Assembly: GCA_965662235.1 (NCBI GenBank)
Contig: CBFIGY010000002.1
Span: 128,001 to 192,000, forward strand
From: an uncultured bacterium
GTDB taxonomy: Bacteria > SAR324 > NAC60-12
Reading direction: 5' to 3'
DNA: 64,000 nucleotides
Positions 19,974 to 29,527 of this stretch are shown piece by piece; the stretch's first letter is position 1; every line of letters starts with the position of its first letter. Position numbers and translations under genes: made by a program. A model generated the notes under the pieces. That model was given only the letters and a program-made list of their open reading frames with translations. It was not told the DNA's origin and ran no database searches.

Positions 19974-21428
19974 TTATCCAAGCAGGCGCAGTACGTTCTG
20001 CTGGCTCTGATTCGCCTGAGCAAGCATCGCCATGCTGGACTGAACCATGATCTGGTTCCGGGTAAAGTCGGCCATTTCTTTGGCCATATCCGCGTCTCGG
20101 ACAACCGATTCGGAGCCCTGGACGTTCTCATGCGCAATCCGCAGGAAGTTCAGGTTGCTCTCCAGGGTGTTCTTTTGGAACGCCCCCATCTCGCCTCGGG
20201 TCGAGGACACTTCATCAATGGCTCGGTCGATCACTTTGATCGCATCCTGAGCCTGAGCCGTGGTCAGCACCTGAATTTCATTCAAGGAGCGGAACCCGGA
20301 TTCGTTCTGAACCGCATTTCCCAGCTGTGACGCGCGAACGGACTTCATGGAGACCGAAGTCATCTGGTTCGCGTTCCCTCCAATCTGGAAGTTCAGAGAG
20401 TTCTGAGAGAAGGTCAGAGTCCCAACCTTCCCAGTGGTTTCACCGGTGTAGCGGATCTTGATGCCCTCAATGCCGTTGGCACCGGGGCCGCCAGTCAACA
20501 CCTGTCCTTTGCCGGTCGCGGCCTCGCCGTTGATTTCACCGGCGATGTCCACCCCATTGGCAATCTTGTCAGACACGTCGCCCTGCTGTGAGAGCACGCC
20601 CGCGGTGGAGCTGGCCACCGTGAAGGTGTGCTCGCTGCCGTACTCCTTGTGACGGAGGCGGATCTGTTGCGGGGCATTGTTGTCCGTCGACGCAGGATCG
20701 GGTCGGATCAGGTCGATGTTCAGATTCGCGTCTTTAATGGCAGCGCCCAGCTCATTCAGCGTCTGCTCAACCGAGCGCCCGGCTTCGGTCCGGAAGTTCA
20801 GCGCGCGGCCACCTTCCGTAATGGTGATTTGCTCACCGCGGTCAATGATCTCTTGCGTCAGCGCAACCGAACCCACGTGCTCGTTGCGTTGCGCGGCTTG
20901 TGTGACCGTGATGCCATAACCGTTCGGGCCGGAAGATTGGGCTTTTTCACCTCCTTGTATGAATTCGAGATTGTCTCCAATGACCACTCCATTGCCCGCC
21001 TTGCTGCCATCCAGCAGGAAGTTCTTCCCGTACTGGGTGTTCTTGGCAATGCGGTTGATGGAGGAGAGAATGTTGTTGATTTCTTGCTGATCGGCTTGCT
21101 GCATCGCCGGATCATTGGTCGCCTCGTTGGCCGCATGAACGGCCAGCTGGCGGGCATTGATCAGCGAGCGGCTCACTTCGTCCAGCGCGGCTTCTGCTGT
21201 CTGCATCAGTGACACACCCATCTCCGAGTTGTCGATGGCCTGTCGCAGTCCCGCCTCCTGAGCCCGCAACTGCTCCGAAATCTGCAGCTGGGCCGGAGCA
21301 TCGGCGCCCCGATTGATCTTCATCCCGGAAGACAATCGCTCAATGGACTTCTGCTGAGCCACACTGTTGTTGGTCAGCTGGCGATGCGTGTTGGTGGCGG
21401 TGACATTGGTATTGATGCGAAGAGACAT
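19974..21428 (-). CDS. fliC: Flagellin (array copy 3)
   Basis: Flagellin N- and C-terminal domains. Confidence 0.95.
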   Translation of the reverse strand: MSLRINTNVTATNTHRQLTNNSVAQQKSIERLSSGMKINRGADAPAQLQISEQLRAQEAGLRQAIDNSEMGVSLMQTAEAALDEVSRSLINARQLAVHAANEATNDPAMQQADQQEINNILSSINRIAKNTQYGKNFLLDGSKAGNGVVIGDNLEFIQGGEKAQSSGPNGYGITVTQAAQRNEHVGSVALTQEIIDRGEQITITEGGRALNFRTEAGRSVEQTLNELGAAIKDANLNIDLIRPDPASTDNNAPQQIRLRHKEYGSEHTFTVASSTAGVLSQQGDVSDKIANGVDIAGEINGEAATGKGQVLTGGPGANGIEGIKIRYTGETTGKVGTLTFSQNSLNFQIGGNANQMTSVSMKSVRASQLGNAVQNESGFRSLNEIQVLTTAQAQDAIKVIDRAIDEVSSTRGEMGAFQKNTLESNLNFLRIAHENVQGSESVVRDADMAKEMADFTRNQIMVQSSMAMLAQANQSQQNVLRLLG

Positions 21429-21935
21429 GAAGGCTCCTAACTCAAGATAGTGTGGTAAACAGACCCCACAACCTGAAGCATCCTGCCTCTAAATTGTGTC
21501 GAAGGAACATCCTTCTAAAGTCCCCAACTGAAGCGGTTCAAATCCATGGTCCCGCGTCACATCAATCAGTTAGGGCGAAAGATCGTCCACTACAGGTGAT
21601 TTCCGAAAAAATTGATTTTCTGGACCAATGAAACGGATTTCATCCTGACTCAGGCTTCGTTCACATCAATGTGTTCCCTGACAGCTCAAACTCCGTTGAG
21701 CTGACCTGAAAGCCGCTGACAGGGTTTCGAAGAAACACGTCCAGGGGCTCTCAGGAGTGGGAAGTCGATTTTCAAAAATCTTGGATTCGCGATCCGGCTT
21801 CTCTGTTGTGAAAAGCATGGCACACGTTCCCGGGAGGCCTCTCTTGCGAAAAACCTCCCGGGAACGGCCGTGAAGGAAATCACGTTCCCCTCACGGCGTC
21901 CGGTCTCTCCGAGGCGTTGGCCCCGGAGCAGTGAA

Positions 21936-23390
21936 TTAGCCGAGCAGGCGGAGCACGCTCTGCTGCTTCTGGTTGGCCTGGGCCAGCATCGCCATGCTGG
22001 ACTCCACCATGATCTGGTTGCGGGTGAAGGCCGTCATCTCAGCCGCCATGTCCGCGTCCCGGATCACCGACTCGGAGCTCTGGACGTTCTCATGGGCAAT
22101 CCGCAAGTAGTTCAGGTTGCTCTCCAGGTTGTTCTTCTGGAACGCACCCATCTCACCGCGGGAGGAAGCGACTTCCTCAATGGCCCGGTCGATCACCCGG
22201 ATCGCATCCTGTGCTTCAGCAGAGCTGAGCAGTTTGACGTCGTTCAGGGAGGCGAATCCGGACTCGTTGCGCACACCGGTTCCCAGCTGAGAGGCACGGA
22301 TGGACTTCATGGAGACCGAAGTCGTCTGGTTCGCGTTACCACCGATCTGGAAGTTCAGCGAGTTCTGAGCAAACGTCAGGGTGCCTGCACGTCCAACCTG
22401 ATCGCCGGTGTAGCGGATCTTGATGCCTTCGATGCCATTGGCTCCCGGACCTCCGGTGAGCACCTGACCACGACCCGTCGCGGCCTCTCCGTTGATCTCA
22501 CCAGCCACGTCCACACCGTTGGCAATGGTGTCCGAAACGTCTCCTTGCTGCGACAGCAGGCCAGCGGTCGAGCTGGCCACCGTGAAGGTGTGCTCGCTGC
22601 CGTATTCCTTGTGGCGCAAGCGGATCTGCTGAGGCGCGTTGTTGTCCGTGGTTGCCGGATCCGGACGGAGCAGGTCCAGGTTCAGGTTGGCTTCCTTGAT
22701 GGCCGCACCGAGTTCGTTCAGGGTTTGCTCCACCGAGCGTCCGGCCTTGGTGACAAAGTTCAGGGTTCGGCCACCTTCCGTGATCGTGATCTGCTCTCCA
22801 CGGTCAATCATGTCCTGAGTCAACGCCGCAGAGCCCGCGTATTCATTCCGCTTGGCCGCCGTGGTGATGTTGATGCTGTACCCGTTGGGTCCGGACGTCT
22901 TGGCCTTGGTGCCGCCCTCGAGGAACTCCAGGTTGTCGCCCACCACAACGCCGTTTCCGGACTTGCTGCCGTCGAGCAGGAAGTTTTTCCCGTACTGGGT
23001 GTTCTTCGAAATGCGGTTGACGGTGGCCAAGATGTTGTCAATTTCCTGCTGATCCGCTTGCAGCATGAAGGGATCGTTGGTGGCGTCGTTGGCAGCATGC
23101 ACGGCCAGCTGACGAGCATTGATGAGCGCGCGGCTCACTTCGTCCAGAGCGGCTTCTGCGGTTTGCATCAACGACACCCCCATTTCGGTGTTGTCAATGG
23201 CCTGACGCAGACCTGCCGTTTGGGCGCGTAACTGTTCTGAAATCTGCAACTGCGCCGGAGCGTCGGCTCCACGGTTAATGCGGTACCCGGAAGACAGTTT
23301 TTCCAGGGTGCGGTCCTGAGCCTTGGTGTTGTTGGTCAGGTTGCGGTGCGTGTTGATGGCTGCAGTGTTGGTGTTGATTCGCAGAGACAT
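21936..23390 (-). CDS. fliC: Flagellin (array copy 4)
   Basis: Flagellin N- and C-terminal domains; AGGAGG SD. Confidence 0.95.
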   Translation of the reverse strand: MSLRINTNTAAINTHRNLTNNTKAQDRTLEKLSSGYRINRGADAPAQLQISEQLRAQTAGLRQAIDNTEMGVSLMQTAEAALDEVSRALINARQLAVHAANDATNDPFMLQADQQEIDNILATVNRISKNTQYGKNFLLDGSKSGNGVVVGDNLEFLEGGTKAKTSGPNGYSINITTAAKRNEYAGSAALTQDMIDRGEQITITEGGRTLNFVTKAGRSVEQTLNELGAAIKEANLNLDLLRPDPATTDNNAPQQIRLRHKEYGSEHTFTVASSTAGLLSQQGDVSDTIANGVDVAGEINGEAATGRGQVLTGGPGANGIEGIKIRYTGDQVGRAGTLTFAQNSLNFQIGGNANQTTSVSMKSIRASQLGTGVRNESGFASLNDVKLLSSAEAQDAIRVIDRAIEEVASSRGEMGAFQKNNLESNLNYLRIAHENVQSSESVIRDADMAAEMTAFTRNQIMVESSMAMLAQANQKQQSVLRLLG

Positions 23391-23482
23391 AGATCCTCCT
23401 GATCGTCATGGTCCTCAAACCGTCTTGGTCTGAGTTCAGTTCTTCTTTGCAGAAGCGGTATCGAGCTTTCGTCTTCGCCTCA

Positions 23483-23496
23483 TCGCCTCCATGCGA
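23483..23496 (-). promoter_or_regulatory. CsrA/RsmA-type ANGGA hairpin in the copy 4 leader
   Basis: mRNA UCGCAUGGAGGCGA; second site UCAUGGAUGA at 23541-23550. Confidence 0.6.
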
Positions 23497-23660
23497 CTGG
23501 AACGGGCAACGACAAAACCCTATTTCGTAACAGCCAACCGTCATCCATGAGGGTTGGAGCGAGAACAATCAACTGTTCTCTAAGTAGAAGACATAAGAGC
23601 CAGGCTCCGGTGTCGCTGAACTGCTTGCTCAAGCAGCTCAACGCCAACGTTCCGGGCGTA

Positions 23661-23680
23661 GGCGGCGCCGAAGCGCCGCC
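23661..23680 (-). terminator. C(UUCG)G-capped hairpin after flagellin copy 5
   Basis: Minus strand GGCGGCGC-TTCG-GCGCCGCC 8 nt after the stop. No U tract, so it may be an mRNA-stabilising stem rather than a terminator. Confidence 0.45.
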
Positions 23681-23688
23681 AGGAGGAC

Positions 23689-25143
23689 TTAGCCGAGAAG
23701 CTTCAGAATGCTCTGCTGCTTCTGATTCGCCTGAGCGAGCATCGCCATGCTCGACTCAACCATGATCTGGTTCCGCGTGAAGGCGGCCATTTCAGCAGCC
23801 ATGTCTGCGTCCCGAATCACCGACTCGGAACTCTGAACGTTCTCATGAGCAATCCGGAGGTAGTTGAGGTTGCTCTCCAGGTTGTTCTTCTGGAAGGCGC
23901 CCATCTCTCCGCGGGTGGCAGAGACTTCCTCAATCGCCTTGTCGATGACCCGGATGGCGTCCTGTGCTCGGGAAGCATCCGTCACCTCAATTTCATTGAG
24001 GGAACGGAAGCCCGAGGCGTTGCTCACGGCGTTCCCCAGCTGTGAAGCCCGCATCGACTTCATGGAAACCGATGTGGTCTGGTTCGCGTTGCCACCGATC
24101 TGGAAGTTCAGCGAGTTCTGCGCAAACGTCAGGGTGCCCACGCGTCCGGTGGACTCACCGGTGTAGCGGATCTTGACGCCTTCAATGCCGTTGGCGCCTG
24201 GGCCTCCGGTCAGCACCTGCCCTTTGCCGATGGCGGCTTCACCGTTGATCTCGCCTGCCACATCAACGCCGTTGGCGATGGTGTCGGAAACGTTTGCCTG
24301 CTGAGACAGCACGCCCGCGGTGGAGCTAGCCACCGTGAAGGTGTGCTCGCTGCCGAACTCCTTATGGCGAAGCCGAAGGACCTGCGGTGCGTTGTTGTCC
24401 GTGGTCGCAGGATCAGGACGAATCAGGTCAATGTTGAGATTGGCGTCCTTGATGGCCGCACCCAACTCGTTCAGAGTCTGCTCCACCGAACGTCCGACTT
24501 GCGTCTGGAAGTTCAGGGTTCGGCCCCCTTCCGTGATCGTGATCTGCTCTCCACGGTCAATCATGTCCTGAGTCAGGGCCACCGATCCGGAGTGCGCGTT
24601 GCGCTGAGCTGCCTGAGTGATCTGAATGCCGTAACCGTTTGGACCAGAAGTTTTGGCCATGCTGCCGCCTTCGATGAACTCCAGGTTGTCGCCCACCACA
24701 ACGCCGTTGCCAGCCTTGCTGCCGTCGAGCAGGAAGTTCTTCCCGTACTGGGTGTTTTTCGCAATGCGGTTGACCGACGCGAGGATGTTGTCGATCTCTT
24801 GCTGGTCTGCCTGAAGCATGAACGGATCGTTCACCGCTTCGTTGGCCGCGTGCACGGCAATCTGTCGTGCCGAGACCAAGGAGCGGCTCACTTCGTCCAG
24901 TGCCGCTTCCGCTGTTTGCATTAATGAAACACCCATTTCCGAGTTATCGATGGCTTGTCGTAATCCTGCAACCTGGGCTCTCAGCTGCTCTGAAATCTGC
25001 AACTGCGCCGGTGCATCCGCTCCTCGATTGATGCGCAGGCCCGAAGACAAGCGCTCCAATGTCTTGTTCTGCACCTGGCTGTTGTTGACCAGGTTGCGGT
25101 GAGAGTTGATGGCTGCAGTGTTGGTGTTGATGCGAAGGGACAT
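23689..25143 (-). CDS. fliC: Flagellin (array copy 5)
   Basis: Flagellin N- and C-terminal domains. Confidence 0.95.
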   Translation of the reverse strand: MSLRINTNTAAINSHRNLVNNSQVQNKTLERLSSGLRINRGADAPAQLQISEQLRAQVAGLRQAIDNSEMGVSLMQTAEAALDEVSRSLVSARQIAVHAANEAVNDPFMLQADQQEIDNILASVNRIAKNTQYGKNFLLDGSKAGNGVVVGDNLEFIEGGSMAKTSGPNGYGIQITQAAQRNAHSGSVALTQDMIDRGEQITITEGGRTLNFQTQVGRSVEQTLNELGAAIKDANLNIDLIRPDPATTDNNAPQVLRLRHKEFGSEHTFTVASSTAGVLSQQANVSDTIANGVDVAGEINGEAAIGKGQVLTGGPGANGIEGVKIRYTGESTGRVGTLTFAQNSLNFQIGGNANQTTSVSMKSMRASQLGNAVSNASGFRSLNEIEVTDASRAQDAIRVIDKAIEEVSATRGEMGAFQKNNLESNLNYLRIAHENVQSSESVIRDADMAAEMAAFTRNQIMVESSMAMLAQANQKQQSILKLLG

Positions 25144-25295
25144 GACGTTCTCCTGAGATTGCGTAAGTGGATCGTAAGTTTTCGAACAAGCCCTACAGAG
25201 CTATTCCAAAGCTTCTGTCCATCGGCAAAACCTCAACAGAGGTCATGACCGAGGAGATGGACGTTACCGGAGGCCTCATTGCCTTCGTATTTCCA

Positions 25296-25309
25296 CCGCC
25301 TCCATGCGG
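25296..25309 (-). promoter_or_regulatory. CsrA/RsmA-type ANGGA hairpin in the copy 5 leader
   Basis: mRNA CCGCAUGGAGGCGG. Confidence 0.6.
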
Positions 25310-25770
25310 CTCAGCGGCATTCGACATTCCCTGTCTCTCTCTTCATGAGAACCGCTGGCACCGTCTCCGGTCACAAACCGGAAACGATTCCTCCCTGAAA
25401 CGTCCTCTGTCTCAGGGTCTGGGCTGGACCTCCCAAACACGTACGTGGGTGCGGCCGAGCCAATTTAAACTGGGGAGCCTTATTCGCTCATCCTGGAAGT
25501 TTCCGTTTTCAGAAACTTCCAGCAAAAGCCATTTTTTCAGACAATCGCCGTACTGGGAACTGGATCCGACCAGCTCCCAGCCGCGTCGTTGTCAACGCCC
25601 TTGGCCGGGGCGTGGATGGGGCCTGCAAGCAGGCGCGCATCGTTTGCCCCTCCCGCGCTTGGCTGGCGAGGAGGAGCCAACATCATCCTGACGGCCTCCG
25701 TCTCCCGGAGGGCATCAGCATGATGCTGTGGGCTTGGGAACTCCCTAGCGGGAGCTCCCAACCGTTTGGC

Positions 25771-27231
25771 TTAAGCGGCGTTCAGGAGCTTCAGCACCGA
25801 AGTCGGTTGCTGATTGGCCTGAGCGAGCATGGCGGTGGATGATTCCACCATGATCTGATTGCGAGTGAAGTTCGTCATCTCTTCCGCCATATCCGCGTCT
25901 CGGATGATGGACTCAGAGTTGGAGATTTCTTCATGCGCATGCCGCAAGTAGTTGAGGTTGCTTTCCAAAGTGTTCTTTTGGAAGGCGCCTAACCGCCCAC
26001 GGAAGGCGGTTACCTCTTCAATGGCCCGATCGATGACGCGCATCGCATCCTGTGCCTTCTGATGAGAGCGCAGGTCGATTTCATTCAGAGAGGAGAACCC
26101 CGATTTATTCTCCACTCCGTTGCCTAATCGTCGGGCATGCACACTCTGCAGAGACACCCGTGTGGTCTGATTGGTGTTGGGACCAATCTGGAAGTCCTGC
26201 GAGCGCTGCGACACCGTGACGGTGCCAGCGAACTGATCCGGCGGAGCCTCTTCCCCGGTGTACCGGATCTTCAACCCGGACACCTTGGTTGGCGTGGATC
26301 CGGTCAGGATCTGCCCTTCCCCGAGGGCCACTTCGCCCCCGATGGTGCCTTTGACGTCTGCGCCATTTTGAATCTGGTCGTAGACATCCGACTGGTTGGA
26401 AAGCAGCCCGGCGGTGGAAGAAGCCACCTCAAACGAGGTACTGCTTCCGTAGCGCTTGTGACGCAACCGAATGAACTGGGGTGCATTCGGGTCGTCTCCC
26501 ATGGGACGCTCCCGAACCAGTTCCAGCTCCAGGCCGGAGTCGCGGATCGCTTTCCCCAGCTTGTTCATCGTCATTTCCACGGAGTCGCCTGCCGTGGTTT
26601 CAAACGCGAGGGTCTTGCCTCCTTCTGCAATGCGGAGCTGTTCCCCTGAGTTGATGATGTCCTGTGTCAAAGCGACCGAACCCGTCAACTCGTTGCGCTT
26701 GGCGGCCTCAAGAATCTTGACCTCATACCCCCCGACCGGAGAAGTCTGAGTCATCTCAGTGCCGTTGATGAACTCTAGGTTCTCTCCAACCGTGACCCCG
26801 TTGGCCCCCATACTGCCGTCCAGAATCGACTTCTTTCCGTAGTTGGTGATCTTCGAGATCCGGTTGATCTGCTGAAGCGCGTTATCAATCTCTTGCTGAT
26901 CCGCTTCCAGCATGAACTCGTCATTGACCGCTTCGTTGGCCGCGTGAACCGCCAACTGCCTCATGTCGATGAGGGCACGGTTGACCTCTTCTAGGGCTCC
27001 CTCAGCCGTTTGGACCAGGGAAATCCCTGCCTCCGAGTTGTCGATGGCTTGCTTGATGCCCTCGCGCTGAGCCCGGAGACGCTCTGAAATAATTAACTGA
27101 GAAGGACCATCCGCAGCGCGGTTGATCTTGAGTCCGGAAGACAGGCGTTCAAGTGTCTTATTCTGTGCTTCCGTATTGCGCACCACCGATCGGTGCGCAT
27201 TCAATGCTGTAATGTTGTGGTTGATGCGCAT
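25771..27231 (-). CDS. fliC: Flagellin (array copy 6, more divergent)
   Basis: MRINHNITALNAHR...ERLSSGLKINRAADGP; IRDADMAEEMTNFTRNQI. Confidence 0.93.
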   Translation of the reverse strand: MRINHNITALNAHRSVVRNTEAQNKTLERLSSGLKINRAADGPSQLIISERLRAQREGIKQAIDNSEAGISLVQTAEGALEEVNRALIDMRQLAVHAANEAVNDEFMLEADQQEIDNALQQINRISKITNYGKKSILDGSMGANGVTVGENLEFINGTEMTQTSPVGGYEVKILEAAKRNELTGSVALTQDIINSGEQLRIAEGGKTLAFETTAGDSVEMTMNKLGKAIRDSGLELELVRERPMGDDPNAPQFIRLRHKRYGSSTSFEVASSTAGLLSNQSDVYDQIQNGADVKGTIGGEVALGEGQILTGSTPTKVSGLKIRYTGEEAPPDQFAGTVTVSQRSQDFQIGPNTNQTTRVSLQSVHARRLGNGVENKSGFSSLNEIDLRSHQKAQDAMRVIDRAIEEVTAFRGRLGAFQKNTLESNLNYLRHAHEEISNSESIIRDADMAEEMTNFTRNQIMVESSTAMLAQANQQPTSVLKLLNAA

Positions 27232-27657
27232 CGCACCCTCCTGACCTTAGATTGTTGACAAACGACGATTTCTTTAACATTCTCAACTCATCCATGTTGA
27301 GTGATGTCCCGCAGACTCGGTTTGAGGCCTTTAGAAGCAGTTGCCACACTGCTCCCTGGTCCTCTGAGCCTTTGGAACTCAGTAAAGACGGCTTCGGCCA
27401 AGAAGCCCTCTTGGTATCGGGAAAAATATATTTTACAGACAAACTGGTTTCAGAACTCCGCATGCCTTGCAGAGGCTTAAACCGGTCTGTTCCATGGCTC
27501 TCAGCATGCAGGCGTCCGGTGACATCTGCCTGAGATTCATGACGCCGGATCCTGATCACGGAGCCGTCCAACACGTCTCCGGAACCAGTGTTCCGTCTGC
27601 CACAGGGAGGCACTTGCGTCCCTGTCGCCGAATGGACCCCACAGGGGGCACCACTTG

Positions 27658-29076
27658 TTACTTCAGCAGGTGCATCACGGTTTCCGGAGTCTGATGAGCT
27701 TGCGCCATCGTTGACGTTCCGGAGTCCTTCATGATCTGCATCCGGGTGTTGCGTGCAACATACCGGGCGGTTCCAGAGTCCTTGATAGGGGTAAATGGAC
27801 CCTGCCGAGCCAGGTGGTCCTGTCGCAGTTTGCGCAATCCCGCCTGCAGTTGCTCCTGATTCACGAGATCAATCCGGGCCTTCGCCTGATGGACCTCCTT
27901 CAAGGCTTTTTCAACGACCTGCCGAGCATCACTGACTTCCTCCTGGCGCTCCAGTTGGATGTCCGCAAGGCAGGTGAACCCCGACGCGTTGGAGACCTGA
28001 GTCCCCAGCTCGTTGGAGCGAATGCTCTTCAGGCACAACCGGGCGCTCTGAGTGGCTCCTCCGACGTGGAGGGGCACCCCGTTTTGGAAGATGGTCACAC
28101 TGCCCACTTCTCCCAGGTTGTTACCGGTGCCGTTGAACCGCAGGCACAGTCCGCCGAGCTTGGAGGACTCCGGAGGCCCAATCAGCAGCTGACCCATTCC
28201 TCGAACGGGCTCGCCATTGATGGTTCCCACGATGTCCATCCCAGGGGTGGACTCCACCAGCAGATTCGCTTCAGGAGACAACACTCCTGAGGTGGCACTG
28301 GCCCCACTGAACCGGGAGCGGCTTCCATACTGGACGTGCCGGAAGTGAAGCACGCCTGACGGATTCCGGACCAACTCCAGCGGGAGTTCAGCCTGGCGAA
28401 TCACCAACGCCAAGCGGCGCAGGGTCGCGTCAAGATCTTCGCCCTTGCGGGTGATGAACTGAACCTCGGAGCGGCCCTCTTTCAGAACAAGACGCTCCTC
28501 ATGGTCGATGTACTCTCGGGTCAGGGGAACCTGACCTCGCAGTTCTGCTCGGGTCGCCGAGCGTTTCACCTCAACCGGGTACCCCTTGGCAGGGGAGGAA
28601 GGAATCCCTCCGTCTGCTTGGATGAACTCCAGATGCTCTCCAGACGCGAACCCCTTGAGGGCCCGGCTTCCATCGAGCAGATTCTGGGCACCGTAGTGCG
28701 TCACCGCGGCGATCCGATCAATCTCCTCAAGGTGAGCTTCAACCCGAAGTCGAGCGGCTTCCCAGATGGAGCCGTCTGCGACGGCCTGCTCCAGTTCCGC
28801 GCTCCACTCACGCAGTTCCTCTTCCACCTTCCCCAATGCATCACTTGCGGTCTGCAGCAGGGAAACATCGCTTTCGGCCTCATTGATCTGGTGAACCAGA
28901 CTGGAGGCGTGGATGCGCACTCCTTCAGAGATGTGCATCACCGCAGGCGATTCAGAAGAGGACCGTGGCTTCAGCTTCTTGAGGACCTGCGACTGGGGGC
29001 GTCCGGACTGACGTTCCGAAGAACTGCCAATCGTTGCTCCCAAGGCGACCCAATTGCTTTGCATGTTTACAGACAT
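27658..29076 (-). CDS. Degenerate flagellin-like protein (array copy 7)
   Basis: Keeps SLLQTASDAL...THYGAQNLLDGS and the shared central domain (GEHLEFI...RHVQYGS...GMDIVGTINGE) but both termini are eroded; GAGGAGG SD; intact ORF. Confidence 0.8.
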   Translation of the reverse strand: MSVNMQSNWVALGATIGSSSERQSGRPQSQVLKKLKPRSSSESPAVMHISEGVRIHASSLVHQINEAESDVSLLQTASDALGKVEEELREWSAELEQAVADGSIWEAARLRVEAHLEEIDRIAAVTHYGAQNLLDGSRALKGFASGEHLEFIQADGGIPSSPAKGYPVEVKRSATRAELRGQVPLTREYIDHEERLVLKEGRSEVQFITRKGEDLDATLRRLALVIRQAELPLELVRNPSGVLHFRHVQYGSRSRFSGASATSGVLSPEANLLVESTPGMDIVGTINGEPVRGMGQLLIGPPESSKLGGLCLRFNGTGNNLGEVGSVTIFQNGVPLHVGGATQSARLCLKSIRSNELGTQVSNASGFTCLADIQLERQEEVSDARQVVEKALKEVHQAKARIDLVNQEQLQAGLRKLRQDHLARQGPFTPIKDSGTARYVARNTRMQIMKDSGTSTMAQAHQTPETVMHLLK

Positions 29077-29527
29077 AAACCACCTCCTCAGATGGTGGCT
29101 CCGGTCCAGGCCGGAGCCTATTCAATCATTGTCATAAGCAACACTTCCTCCTTGAAAAAACTCGTCCCATCCTTGGGAAATTGACTCTTAGTGCGTTAGA
29201 CCCACTCCTGCGCGCTTCTCGTTCCGAGGAGACACTGCGGGAAGGGTTGACTCCAGGCAGGTGCTTGGACGCCTTGGATTCCGCACCTTGCCCCTCACAA
29301 GGGCCTTGAGGCACGGTGGGTCCACTGACTCCTAATGAGCGGAGTCAACCACCTGCTTGCTCAAACGATTGAAGAAACGAAGCGCGCGGCGCCGTTTCCT
29401 CAAGAATGTTCTCCAGCACCACTGTTGCTCAATGCTGCTGAAGGACGTTCCTGAGTCCGCCCATCCTCCGCCCCACGCCCCCTGCTCCCGAAGGAGAAGG
29501 AGCAAGGGACTCGGGATGGAACGGGGG

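Noticed and set aside
25219..25245. Sigma28 promoter upstream of flagellin copy 5 (GCCGATGG -10)
   Set aside because: The -35 position reads TGAC rather than TAAA; possible but unsupported.
27414..27434. Sigma28 promoter upstream of flagellin copy 6 (TAAA...CCCGATAC)
   Set aside because: Spacing is about 10 nt rather than 15.
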